Shown in pieces: positions 1 to 7,480 of a DNA stretch of 50,489 bases. Position 1 is the stretch's first letter; every line of letters begins with the position of its first letter. The notes beneath the pieces were generated by a model. The model ran no database searches. It saw only the letters and a program-made list of their open reading frames with translations, and was not told the DNA's origin. The stretch is from a virus. Taxonomy: Duplodnaviria; Caudoviricetes. Location: IMG/VR virus record IMGVR_UViG_3300036781_000222, positions 1-50,489 of that record. One strand, given 5' to 3'. The translations under genes were made by a program, and so were the position numbers.

Positions 1-1
1 C

Positions 2-451
2 CTGAGTGACGCGGACCTGAGTGACGCGGACCTGAGAAGCGCGGACCTGAGTGACGCGGACCTGAGTGGCGCGGTCCTGAGAAGCGCGGTCCTGAGCGGC
101 GCGGACCTGAGCGGCGCGGACCTGCCAGTCTTTACGATCTGTCCTGAGGTCGGATCATTTACTGCCTTCAAGAAGCTCCGCAACGGACTCATCGGAACCA
201 TCGAAATTCCAGCGGAAGCGCAGCGCGTTTCTCAGCCAAGAAGCCGCAAATGCCGCGCCGAGTTCGTCAAGGTACTCGCCATTCATGACGACGAAGATGA
301 GGTTAACGAGGGTGTCTCGAAACACGACAACACGACGGTCTATCGCGTCGGTGAGATTGTGAAGCCGGATTCCTACAACGACGACATCCGCGAGGAATGC
401 ACCAATGGCATTCACTTCTTCATCACCAAGCGGGAAGCGGAGGATTATTGA
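2..451 (+). CDS. Pentapeptide-repeat protein with C-terminal DUF5758-like domain (3' part; continues from 50227 across the contig junction)
   Basis: Frame from nt 2 reads LSDAD-LSDAD-LRSAD-LSDAD-LSGAV...LPVFTICPEVGSFTAFKKL...IPAEAQR...RKCRAEFVKV...YRVGEIVKPDSYNDD..EECTNGIHFFITKREAEDY*; TGA at 449-451. Confidence 0.88.
   Translation: MSDADLSDADLRSADLSDADLSGAVLRSAVLSGADLSGADLPVFTICPEVGSFTAFKKLRNGLIGTIEIPAEAQRVSQPRSRKCRAEFVKVLAIHDDEDEVNEGVSKHDNTTVYRVGEIVKPDSYNDDIREECTNGIHFFITKREAEDY
25..150 (+). repeat. Terminal direct repeat (assembly overlap), identical to 50364-50489; indicates a circular/complete genome
   Basis: 126 nt identical at both ends by direct comparison. Confidence 0.93.
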
Positions 452-452
452 G

Positions 453-725
453 ATGCTTCAGCCCTGCGAAGAAACCACCCTCGCCGACATTCAGAACTGC
501 AAGGCGCTGATCGCCGATCTTGAGGCATTCAGCATCAAGGCTGAGCAGATCGCGCTCCGGTGCGGCGCTCGGTTGAATGGTGACGCAGACCTCGCCGACT
601 GCAAAGCGCGTGAAATCCTGAACGACCTCCGCGACACGCTGAACGAGTTGGAGCGCGAGGACACCCCGTCTGAGGACCGCCGCGCTGCTGTCGAGCTTCG
701 TCACATTGAAGCGCGGGTGGCGTGA
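453..725 (+). CDS. Hypothetical phage protein
   Basis: ATG 2 nt after upstream stop, GGAGG SD; MLQPCEETTLAD... Confidence 0.7.
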   Translation: MLQPCEETTLADIQNCKALIADLEAFSIKAEQIALRCGARLNGDADLADCKAREILNDLRDTLNELEREDTPSEDRRAAVELRHIEARVA

Positions 726-886
726 TGGCGAAGTTTGCCGGCTTTTTCGTTCTGTACGTGTCGATTGTCTCGACGTTCGCCTACTTCGACCCCGCAATTA
801 ATGACGGCCACGCTAACCCATGGATGGCTTGCTTGATTGCTGCCGCATTCGTTGTGAGCGCAATGCTGATCGAATGGGGCAAGTAA
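725..886 (+). CDS. Small two-TM membrane protein (53 aa, not in ORF track)
   Basis: MAKFAGFFVLYVSIVSTFAYFDPAINDGHANPWMACLIAAAFVVSAMLIEWGK*; TGATG and TAATG overlaps at both ends. Confidence 0.7.
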   Translation: MAKFAGFFVLYVSIVSTFAYFDPAINDGHANPWMACLIAAAFVVSAMLIEWGK

Positions 887-1344
887 TGGACAAGCAGCGG
901 CTGGAGGAGATTAGGGATCATGAGGCGGTCTTATCACTCATCCATGATGAGGGTCTGAAGGCTGAAACCATTGAGGCATTCGGCGACCTCCTCGCCGCCT
1001 ACGACGCGCAGGCGAAGGAGATTGAGCGGCTGACGGTCCAGCAGACTGAAACTTTATCCGATGATGCTGTCGTGGCCATCCGCGAACTGCTGGCGGCGCA
1101 CGATGTTCCGCTGGCGGCATTCATTGATGACCATGTCGGCAATGCTATCGTCCAGCGCAATGAAGCGCGGCAAGAACGTGATGCTCTCACCTCGCAAGTC
1201 CGCGTGCTGCGGGAGGCTGCTAAGGCGCTCTACGATGCATGTGAGTTGCGAGCTAATCAGGAAGGCGGAGACTTCGGTCCCGATATTGGCCTAGCTGCCG
1301 AACAAGTATCCGCCGCCCTCGCAGCGACGGAGCCGACGTCATGA
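886..1344 (+). CDS. Hypothetical coiled-coil phage protein
   Basis: MDKQRLEEIRD...; start coupled to upstream TAA. Confidence 0.7.
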   Translation: MDKQRLEEIRDHEAVLSLIHDEGLKAETIEAFGDLLAAYDAQAKEIERLTVQQTETLSDDAVVAIRELLAAHDVPLAAFIDDHVGNAIVQRNEARQERDALTSQVRVLREAAKALYDACELRANQEGGDFGPDIGLAAEQVSAALAATEPTS

Positions 1345-1592
1345 GCGCCCCCGACGACATGACCGGTCGCGATGATATCTCGCCGTACGTCAAGCAGGCG
1401 GTGCGCTTCTGCCGGCTGCCGGTCACGGTCGAATATAGCCGGCCGAGCAGTCAGTTCATCAGGCCTTTTGATCGGTGGCGTGTTGCGTTCAATAAATCAT
1501 TCCATTCCCACTCGCACCCGGATCATGCAGCGCACGCCTACAACGTGGAAATCGCCAATGCGCGCCGTCGTCTGCTCAATGAGGTGAAGTGA
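1341..1592 (+). CDS. Hypothetical phage protein
   Basis: ATGA overlap, GGAG SD. Confidence 0.65.
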   Translation: MSAPDDMTGRDDISPYVKQAVRFCRLPVTVEYSRPSSQFIRPFDRWRVAFNKSFHSHSHPDHAAHAYNVEIANARRRLLNEVK

Positions 1593-1846
1593 TGCCGCGT
1601 GATCTCTACCACCCCGATGAGCCGATGAAGCGCGTGTTAACACCGCTGCAACAAGAGCTTCTTCTTAAGATCGTCAGGACCAATGGAGGTGGCATCAGTC
1701 GCGACAATTCCGGCTATCCAGATAGCTGCATCATTGGCCTGGTCAAACGCCATTTGATCCAGGGTAAGGCCGCGCATTCATGGATGATGGTTCACACACG
1801 CGAAGGGCTGGAAGAGGCTCGGCGGATTGCTGCAGAGGTGAAGTGA
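1589..1846 (+). CDS. Hypothetical protein, possibly winged-helix
   Basis: GAGGTG SD, GTGA overlap; LTPLQQELLLKI...GLVKRHLI...TREGLEEARR pattern. Confidence 0.65.
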   Translation: MMPRDLYHPDEPMKRVLTPLQQELLLKIVRTNGGGISRDNSGYPDSCIIGLVKRHLIQGKAAHSWMMVHTREGLEEARRIAAEVK

Positions 1847-2091
1847 TGATGGCCGCTGATCTCGAACACTACACCCGAGACTATTGGCTGCTCTCGCTGC
1901 AGCAGAGGAAGCGGTTGCCGGTGGATAAGCTGAGCCATGAGGATATGAGAGCAATGGCCCTCAACCATAGAACGGCCCAAGACCTATTCGACCATATCGC
2001 TTTCATGCCGGCTCGTCTTGCCAATCGCTGCATGGAAGAAATGAATCACTGGCAAGTCATGGTTTATGTGAAACAGGAGGACGGCAGATGA
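1846..2091 (+). CDS. Hypothetical phage protein
   Basis: GAGGTG SD, coupled start. Confidence 0.6.
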   Translation: MMAADLEHYTRDYWLLSLQQRKRLPVDKLSHEDMRAMALNHRTAQDLFDHIAFMPARLANRCMEEMNHWQVMVYVKQEDGR

Positions 2092-2201
2092 GCCGCCAAA
2101 CGATCCAATCTCGCGCCGCTATTCTCGCCTGGTCTGGCGTCGGCGTCTTGATCTGGGCAACGTTGCCCGTGATCCTGGTTATCTGCTGGGGAGGTAGGTG
2201 A
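2088..2201 (+). CDS. Small single-TM peptide (37 aa, not in ORF track)
   Basis: AGGAGG SD; MSRQTIQSRAAILAWSGVGVLIWATLPVILVICWGGR*; fills the gap with overlaps at both ends. Confidence 0.6.
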   Translation: MSRQTIQSRAAILAWSGVGVLIWATLPVILVICWGGR

Positions 2202-2386
2202 TGGACATCAACCCCATGGATTGGCTAGAATCACAGCCGGGCTTCTGGCGCGGTCGCGCCTCGGTTCGGCGGCCGGATGCGAGCATTGATATATGGTCTG
2301 CTGAGGCGTTGCGCGATCACCAGATGGCTGGGCAGTTCGAGTTGAACGCCGAGCAATGTGAGACGGCAACCATCGGTAAGCGGTGA
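2201..2386 (+). CDS. Hypothetical phage protein
   Basis: GGAGGT SD, TGATG overlap. Confidence 0.6.
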   Translation: MDINPMDWLESQPGFWRGRASVRRPDASIDIWSAEALRDHQMAGQFELNAEQCETATIGKR

Positions 2387-2393
2387 GGATGAG

Positions 2394-2621
2394 ATGACGA
2401 AGAAGCGAGAGATCAACAAGGAACTGGTGGACCAGGCATACAAGGTTGGATTTGACCACGCGAGAGAGCGGTTTTTCGAGGAGTTTTCCTTCTGGGCTGA
2501 CAAGATAGCCGATGGTCAGTTGGAAGCCTCTGGCGCTGTCTCGGCAGCATTTCAGCTGGTCGCCAATGTGATCCTCAGAGAGCCGACTCCATCGGCACCC
2601 GACCTCGAGGACTACGCATGA
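2394..2621 (+). CDS. Hypothetical phage protein
   Basis: GAGGA SD; MTKKREINKELVDQAYKVGF... Confidence 0.65.
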   Translation: MTKKREINKELVDQAYKVGFDHARERFFEEFSFWADKIADGQLEASGAVSAAFQLVANVILREPTPSAPDLEDYA

Positions 2622-2995
2622 CCTGCCCCACCTGCAGCAAACCCGACGGTACCGGCTGCACCGTCCAGGGCTGCAGCTACCGCTTCATGCATGCCGATCC
2701 GAGTGGGGAACGACGTGTAATGAACGATCCAGACTGCGATTGCTGTCATGGCGCGGGCGAATTCTTCGCGCACGCTGACGATTGTTACAACGACAATTGC
2801 GGATTGGCAGGAGGATTCGACGACTGTCAGGGGCAAGTTATTCAGTGCGATTGCCGGCAAGCGCCTGACACCCAAGCCCGCACCCTAATAGCCTTCACAC
2901 TCCAGGCCATCGGCTACGACGGCAAGACCGCACCATTCACGGATAGAGCGGATCAGGTCGAGGTGATTTTGAAGAGTTGGAAGGAGAAGGAGTGA
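2618..2995 (+). CDS. Cys-rich, probably metal-binding protein
   Basis: CPTC, CTVQGC, CDCCHG, CYNDNC, CQGQVIQCDC motifs; ATGA overlap. Confidence 0.65.
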   Translation: MTCPTCSKPDGTGCTVQGCSYRFMHADPSGERRVMNDPDCDCCHGAGEFFAHADDCYNDNCGLAGGFDDCQGQVIQCDCRQAPDTQARTLIAFTLQAIGYDGKTAPFTDRADQVEVILKSWKEKE

Positions 2996-3228
2996 TGAAA
3001 ATACGATTCCCGAGAACGCTAAAGGGATGGCGCACTCTGTTTTGGCTGACGCTCGGCCGATGCCCGATAGATCACAGCAGGCTAATCATTGACGGTAGTT
3101 GGCACGATATTGGCGGCCCAGGATACTGCTTTAAATGTGACGGCATAGCCATATGGCCGCGTTCTGGGATTGATGCTCTTTACCAAAATTACATGGCTGA
3201 GAAAAAGAAACTGGAGACCCGATCATGA
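2995..3228 (+). CDS. Hypothetical protein, possible Zn ribbon
   Basis: AAGGAG SD; CPIDH...CFKC. Confidence 0.6.
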   Translation: MKIRFPRTLKGWRTLFWLTLGRCPIDHSRLIIDGSWHDIGGPGYCFKCDGIAIWPRSGIDALYQNYMAEKKKLETRS

Positions 3229-3482
3229 CCCTCCACGCCCCGACCGTCTCCGATCTTCGCCGCGAGATCGCAGCGCTGCCGGAACTCGCCACGCGCGACG
3301 ACATCCTAACCCTCATCGACACGCTGGAGCTGGCGGAGAAGGTGAGTGAAGTGAAGCGATGCGGGCGCCTGACATGCGGTCTGAGAGAAATGCAGACAAT
3401 TCCTCCGATGAATCCGCCGTTGATGGTCTGCGATCAATACGATTGCGACAGATCCCCTAAGGCGCAGGATGATGATTCATGA
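3225..3482 (+). CDS. Hypothetical phage protein
   Basis: GGAG SD, ATGA overlap. Confidence 0.6.
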   Translation: MTLHAPTVSDLRREIAALPELATRDDILTLIDTLELAEKVSEVKRCGRLTCGLREMQTIPPMNPPLMVCDQYDCDRSPKAQDDDS

Positions 3483-3528
3483 CCACCCTCCTCTGCGCCA
3501 TCGACATTCGAGAGGCGTGCGTGTCGAA

Positions 3529-3657
3529 ATGAGCGAAACGGCGTGGATAATTCTGCTGAGCATGATCCTGTTGAGCATTGCAATCGGCGTGCTGTCGATT
3601 CCCAGAAAACCTGCGCCACTCGATGAAGACAGCGACAACGATGGAGATTGTTCATGA
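3529..3657 (+). CDS. Small single-TM peptide (alternative start 3469)
   Basis: MSETAWIILLSMILLSIAIGVLSIPRK... Confidence 0.5.
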   Translation: MSETAWIILLSMILLSIAIGVLSIPRKPAPLDEDSDNDGDCS

Positions 3658-4142
3658 CCGACCAGCCGATGAGCGAGCGCGACAAAGCTTGGAAGCTATT
3701 TTTAGAGACACCCAAGGGCGGAACATTGTTCGATCTGTATTTCGCCGGTTGGCAAGCCGCCATGCAGCAAGAGCGTGCAACGGCTATCCGGGTCAGTCGC
3801 CCGGAAGGCAATACGTTTGATGAATGGCGAGAGAACGTCCGCAAGACTGCGCTTTACCAGAAGGGCGACACCATCCTGCTTTGGATCAACGAAGGAGACT
3901 ACTGGGCGGGACTTATGGATGGTCGTCTTTCCAACCAAGAGGCGCTGACGCCGGCAGTGGCCCTCTGTGCCACGCCAGCACAGCAGTCGGATAGTGATGA
4001 TGAGACGCTGATTGACTGGGAGCAGGTTGCCAGAGCGCAAAGTGCAAAACTTAGCGTCCTCCTAAATGAACCAGGAGCGCTTGAAAAGCTGAAAACAGCA
4101 TTCGCCACAGTTGGCAAGAAGGCCGAGTCCTATGCAGATTAA
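3654..4142 (+). CDS. Hypothetical phage protein
   Basis: GGAG SD, ATGA overlap. Confidence 0.65.
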   Translation: MTDQPMSERDKAWKLFLETPKGGTLFDLYFAGWQAAMQQERATAIRVSRPEGNTFDEWRENVRKTALYQKGDTILLWINEGDYWAGLMDGRLSNQEALTPAVALCATPAQQSDSDDETLIDWEQVARAQSAKLSVLLNEPGALEKLKTAFATVGKKAESYAD

Positions 4143-4326
4143 TCAAGCTGTTAACCGCGTACTTGGAGAGCGAGCAGCTACGGCCATTATCAATGATAAT
4201 GGGATGCATTGGGCTGTCGTTGCTGCAATGGCGGCTTGCACCGTTGGCCACGGTCCAGAAGTGAGAAATACCCTAAAGGACTATGTGACTGAAATGAAGA
4301 CCGAGGAGCATAGGAAGAAGTTATGA
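4132..4326 (+). CDS. Hypothetical phage protein
   Basis: MQINQAVNRVLGE...; overlaps neighbours in the operon. Confidence 0.55.
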   Translation: MQINQAVNRVLGERAATAIINDNGMHWAVVAAMAACTVGHGPEVRNTLKDYVTEMKTEEHRKKL

Positions 4327-4679
4327 GTGATGGATACAAAGAGGATGTGAGTCTAGTTGATATAGAGATGACATGGGAGATCGCGGATGCAATCGCCATA
4401 TCTGAGGGTCAGAACCCGCTCGATTACGCTCCACTCATGGTTATGTGTACGGCGGAAAACAAACCCGTCCCTTGGCGCCAGGTATATTACACACAAGCCG
4501 AGGCTGCATTTAAAGCTATCCGTCTCCGCACCGCGCCCGCTGGCGATGCCGAGTTGCTGGCATTGATTGATTTTGTCAGGCGCGGCAAGGGTGTGATGTC
4601 AACAAGTAGCGGAAAAGCTAGCGAGATTCTCGCCGCCTTCCGCGCCCAACAACGCCAACGCGAGGGCGGGAAGGAGTAA
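4323..4679 (+). CDS. Hypothetical phage protein
   Basis: ATGA overlap; 118 aa. Confidence 0.65.
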   Translation: MSDGYKEDVSLVDIEMTWEIADAIAISEGQNPLDYAPLMVMCTAENKPVPWRQVYYTQAEAAFKAIRLRTAPAGDAELLALIDFVRRGKGVMSTSSGKASEILAAFRAQQRQREGGKE

Positions 4680-4680
4680 G

Positions 4681-4794
4681 ATGGAAAAGCTTCTGACTGC
4701 TATCTGGGCAGTGATCGGGATTTACGCATGCGCCATCGTCGGCTTTCTGTGGCTGCTCGTCTATTTGTGTCGTCATCTTCAATGGGTGAACTGA
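4681..4794 (+). CDS. Small single-TM peptide (37 aa, not in ORF track)
   Basis: AAGGAG SD; MEKLLTAIWAVIGIYACAIVGFLWLLVYLCRHLQWVN*. Confidence 0.65.
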   Translation: MEKLLTAIWAVIGIYACAIVGFLWLLVYLCRHLQWVN

Positions 4795-4796
4795 CC

Positions 4797-4985
4797 ATGA
4801 CCAAGGCTGAGGCGAAGATGTGGGCGGTGGTCAATCGCGACAATGTTGAACAGAGTGGTACGCGATCATTCTCACTCCATACATCTATCCGTAGATTTCT
4901 CGGTCTTACTTATGCGCCGTCTGACTGGGTAGAGGCTGGGAAAAATGGCTACCGCTGCGTCCGCGTCACTGTAAAAGAGGACTGA
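4797..4985 (+). CDS. Hypothetical phage protein
   Basis: MTKAEAKMWAVV...GYRCVRVTVKED, a C-terminus common in small phage proteins. Confidence 0.65.
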   Translation: MTKAEAKMWAVVNRDNVEQSGTRSFSLHTSIRRFLGLTYAPSDWVEAGKNGYRCVRVTVKED

Positions 4986-4988
4986 ACC

Positions 4989-5276
4989 ATGACCACCCAA
5001 GACACCCAAGCCGCAATTGCTGAGATACGGGAGCGCAGTGAATCTGCGAAGGGAATGTACCGCTGCCAGGCAGAGGCAGACATCCCGTTCCTCCTGGCCG
5101 CACTCGAGGCGGCGCAGGCGGAGAATGAGAGTCTGAAGCGGGATCTGACTTACGTTCAGGAAATAGCTTTCAACCGCGCCGAAAGCATCAAGCGGCTCCT
5201 GCACTATCGCGATCAGATCGTGAAGGTCGGCGCTTTGATGTTGACGGAAGACGTACAGAAGGACCCCCAATCATGA
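4989..5276 (+). CDS. Hypothetical protein (Ead/Ea22-like coiled-coil)
   Basis: IAEIRER...ADIPFLLAALEAAQAENESLK pattern; GAGGA SD. Confidence 0.6.
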   Translation: MTTQDTQAAIAEIRERSESAKGMYRCQAEADIPFLLAALEAAQAENESLKRDLTYVQEIAFNRAESIKRLLHYRDQIVKVGALMLTEDVQKDPQS

Positions 5277-5566
5277 CGACCGATCAGACTGAAGCGCGGC
5301 GGGATGTATTTAAGAGATGCATGGCGGCTGTAGGTCTGCTGGCGCTCGTTTCTAAGCGCATCGATGAAGGATTCGATATTGACGACATTAAGGACGGAAT
5401 AGACGCGTGGCTTAACGTGTTCGGTAACATGAGCGATCTTCGGACAGCCACAGACCGCGAGAGGATGGTTGCGTTTGCCAAGTGGTGCATGGCTCACGCT
5501 GACTACGCCTCAATCAATTATGACGCTTCGTTAGACGCCTTCCTGGCGCAGGAGAAGAAGCTGTGA
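5273..5566 (+). CDS. Hypothetical phage protein
   Basis: ATGA overlap. Confidence 0.6.
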   Translation: MTTDQTEARRDVFKRCMAAVGLLALVSKRIDEGFDIDDIKDGIDAWLNVFGNMSDLRTATDRERMVAFAKWCMAHADYASINYDASLDAFLAQEKKL

Positions 5567-5814
5567 GTGATGAAGCAAAATGGCTGATCTGGTCGAATGA
5601 GCATCGTGGCTGGTGGCGTCCGAAAAGCGCTGGGTATACCGGGATTATAAAGGAAGCCGGGCGCTACGTTCATGACGAAGCGTTCAACATATGCATGGAT
5701 GGCGGCACACCACGAGCGTGGAGCACCGGTATCGGGCCATACGAACTGATGGTTCTCGCGCCTGAATTCACTGACGCCGCCGCCATCAAGCAACTCGCGG
5801 AGGGACAGGGATGA
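5563..5814 (+). CDS. Conserved-looking small phage protein
   Basis: LIWSNEH.GWWRP...GYT.....AGRY...EA motif; GTGA overlap. Confidence 0.7.
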   Translation: MSDEAKWLIWSNEHRGWWRPKSAGYTGIIKEAGRYVHDEAFNICMDGGTPRAWSTGIGPYELMVLAPEFTDAAAIKQLAEGQG

Positions 5815-6095
5815 GCCTCCTTGTCAGTGACAGCAACCTTGATCTGACAATATCCAGGGCCATCCGGTCGCTATTCCGTAACCCGCAATATGAATTCATG
5901 GCCGGTGGCCAATTGCGATTGATCAAGGCAGGCATCAAGCCGTCGAAGGCCTGGAATATCATGATTGAGTGCCGCGATGAGTTTCTCAAGGAGGAGGGCG
6001 TAAAGTTCGGCAACGAGAAATATGCCTGGGATGCCGATGCCGGAGCGACTCTTGCTGAAGAATTTTACATCCGTTTTATGGAGTCTAAGCCATGA
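5811..6095 (+). CDS. Hypothetical phage protein
   Basis: GGAGG SD, ATGA overlap. Confidence 0.65.
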   Translation: MSLLVSDSNLDLTISRAIRSLFRNPQYEFMAGGQLRLIKAGIKPSKAWNIMIECRDEFLKEEGVKFGNEKYAWDADAGATLAEEFYIRFMESKP

Positions 6096-6406
6096 TCACC
6101 GACAAGGACGGCAAGCGGTGGAAGTTGGTGCCGGATCACATGGACATGACAGACGATCAGGCTGAGGCGGTTGCGCTGGGCATCGGCGTCTGCGGTGGTA
6201 TGGCATATGACTCGTACCGTCTCTCACTCGCCGCCGCTCCAGCCTTCGAGCCGGGCGATGAACTGGTCGAGGAGGTGGCGCGGGCGCTCCATTGGGAAGA
6301 ATGCAGCCCGCTGGGTATTCGGTACGACGAGGAATCTGGCAGCACAAAGCGGTATTGGGAAAAGTCAGCCCGCGCCGCCCTCAGCGTGATCGGGAGGAAG
6401 GGATGA
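6092..6406 (+). CDS. Hypothetical phage protein
   Basis: GGAG SD; WKLVP...ELVEEVARAL...ARAAL pattern. Confidence 0.65.
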   Translation: MITDKDGKRWKLVPDHMDMTDDQAEAVALGIGVCGGMAYDSYRLSLAAAPAFEPGDELVEEVARALHWEECSPLGIRYDEESGSTKRYWEKSARAALSVIGRKG

Positions 6407-6612
6407 GTCACGACGTCCAATGCCAAGTCTGCGGCCATTTCATGCGGTGTGATCGCGGCGCGTCATGGGCAAATATCTACGAGTTTCCTAATGGCGGCCT
6501 CGATCGAGAGATATTACGTTGCTCGTCATGCACTGAAATCGTGGGTGAGGCGCAATCGAACGCCAGACCACATGACGGCAACATGTCGCCATATCAGGGA
6601 GTGTTCCCATGA
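6403..6612 (+). CDS. Small Zn-finger-like protein
   Basis: GGAGG SD; CQVC...CSSC. Confidence 0.6.
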   Translation: MSHDVQCQVCGHFMRCDRGASWANIYEFPNGGLDREILRCSSCTEIVGEAQSNARPHDGNMSPYQGVFP

Positions 6613-6857
6613 CCGCCCGCGACCGCTTCATCGCCTATTGCACGGGGCCTGATTACGCGATGAGACCTGATGATGCCGGCCTCACCTGGGACACCAATCA
6701 ACCACTCGCTGTCATGTGGCGGGCGGCGGAGAAGGCGGGGAGAGAGTGTGCGAGGGAGGCGATCGTTTTCCAATTGCATGTGAATTGTGACGATCATTCG
6801 GCCGGGATAGTTGAGAAGCTAACCGACGACGAGCTGGCGGAGGGCGGGGAAGGATGA
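6609..6857 (+). CDS. Hypothetical phage protein (last clear gene of the early operon)
   Basis: GGAG SD, ATGA overlap. Confidence 0.6.
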   Translation: MTARDRFIAYCTGPDYAMRPDDAGLTWDTNQPLAVMWRAAEKAGRECAREAIVFQLHVNCDDHSAGIVEKLTDDELAEGGEG

Positions 6858-6868
6858 TATGGTGAGAG

Positions 6869-6973
6869 TTCAGCGGCGGCGTGGAAGGACACGTCACAGA
6901 TGGGGTCCCAAGCAACACATACGTGCGTCAGAAATGACTTTCGGGAATCTGGTATCAAGCCCAGAACGCTGAA
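6869..6973 (+). ncRNA. tRNA-like structured RNA (non-canonical, no anticodon arm)
   Basis: Closing stem TTCAGCG/CGCTGAA; D-like arm CGTG-GAAGGA-CACG; T-like arm TCTGG-TATCAAGC-CCAGA; internal TCCC/GGGA and GTCA-GAAA-TGAC helices. Confidence 0.55.
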
Positions 6974-6976
6974 AAG

Positions 6977-7004
6977 AACCCCCGACCGCAAGGCCGGGGG
7001 TTTT
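6977..7004. terminator. Intrinsic terminator, probably bidirectional
   Basis: AACCCCCGACC-GCAA-GGCCGGGGGTT hairpin, TTTT downstream, AAAAGAA upstream. Confidence 0.8.
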
Positions 7005-7096
7005 CAGTTGCACTAACTGGGACACGGTTACCTGCGGGATTGCAGGCCGCTCACCATACGTCTCCCTCTCCGCTCTGTCTCTAACCCATGTTATTG

Positions 7097-7115
7097 CTAA
7101 CGTCTTATTAACCAT
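7097..7115 (+). promoter_or_regulatory. CtrA-box-like site
   Basis: CTAA-N7-TTAACCAT, intergenic, upstream of the 7163 gene. Confidence 0.5.
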
Positions 7116-7162
7116 CGTCCATTAGGGTGACTGGATCGATTAACTTGGCTGGAGTTGCAGCG

Positions 7163-7480
7163 ATGGTCCAGATGACCCCGCAGGAGTATGAAGAAATGAA
7201 GCGTAAGGAAAATGCGCCAAAGACGACATCATGGCAGCGCGAGGTTGTAGGGAACAGTGCGCGGATAGATATCCCACTTGATGATATATATGCATTGCGA
7301 AAAATTGGGCCAGTGCTGGCCGGCTTGGCAGAGCGCATAACTGCTATCGCACACCGCCATGACATTCCAGAGGGAGATATCCTGATGATGCTACGCTACC
7401 AGATAAGCTATACTGTGAGAGAGATCCGGACGCTCCATGGTGGGGCGAACAAGCAAGGTATTTATCCAAAGAGAAGATGA
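7163..7480 (+). CDS. Hypothetical protein
   Basis: GGAG SD at 7151; coupled (ATGA) to the HNH gene. Confidence 0.65.
   Translation: MVQMTPQEYEEMKRKENAPKTTSWQREVVGNSARIDIPLDDIYALRKIGPVLAGLAERITAIAHRHDIPEGDILMMLRYQISYTVREIRTLHGGANKQGIYPKRR

Noticed and set aside
1-125. 15-nt tandem repeats as a CRISPR array or iterons
   Set aside because: No spacers; the units are in-frame codons for A(D/V)L(S/R)x pentapeptide repeats
6869-6973. Canonical tRNA gene
   Set aside because: No 7-nt anticodon loop, 8-nt T-loop lacking TTC, no CCA; reported as tRNA-like instead
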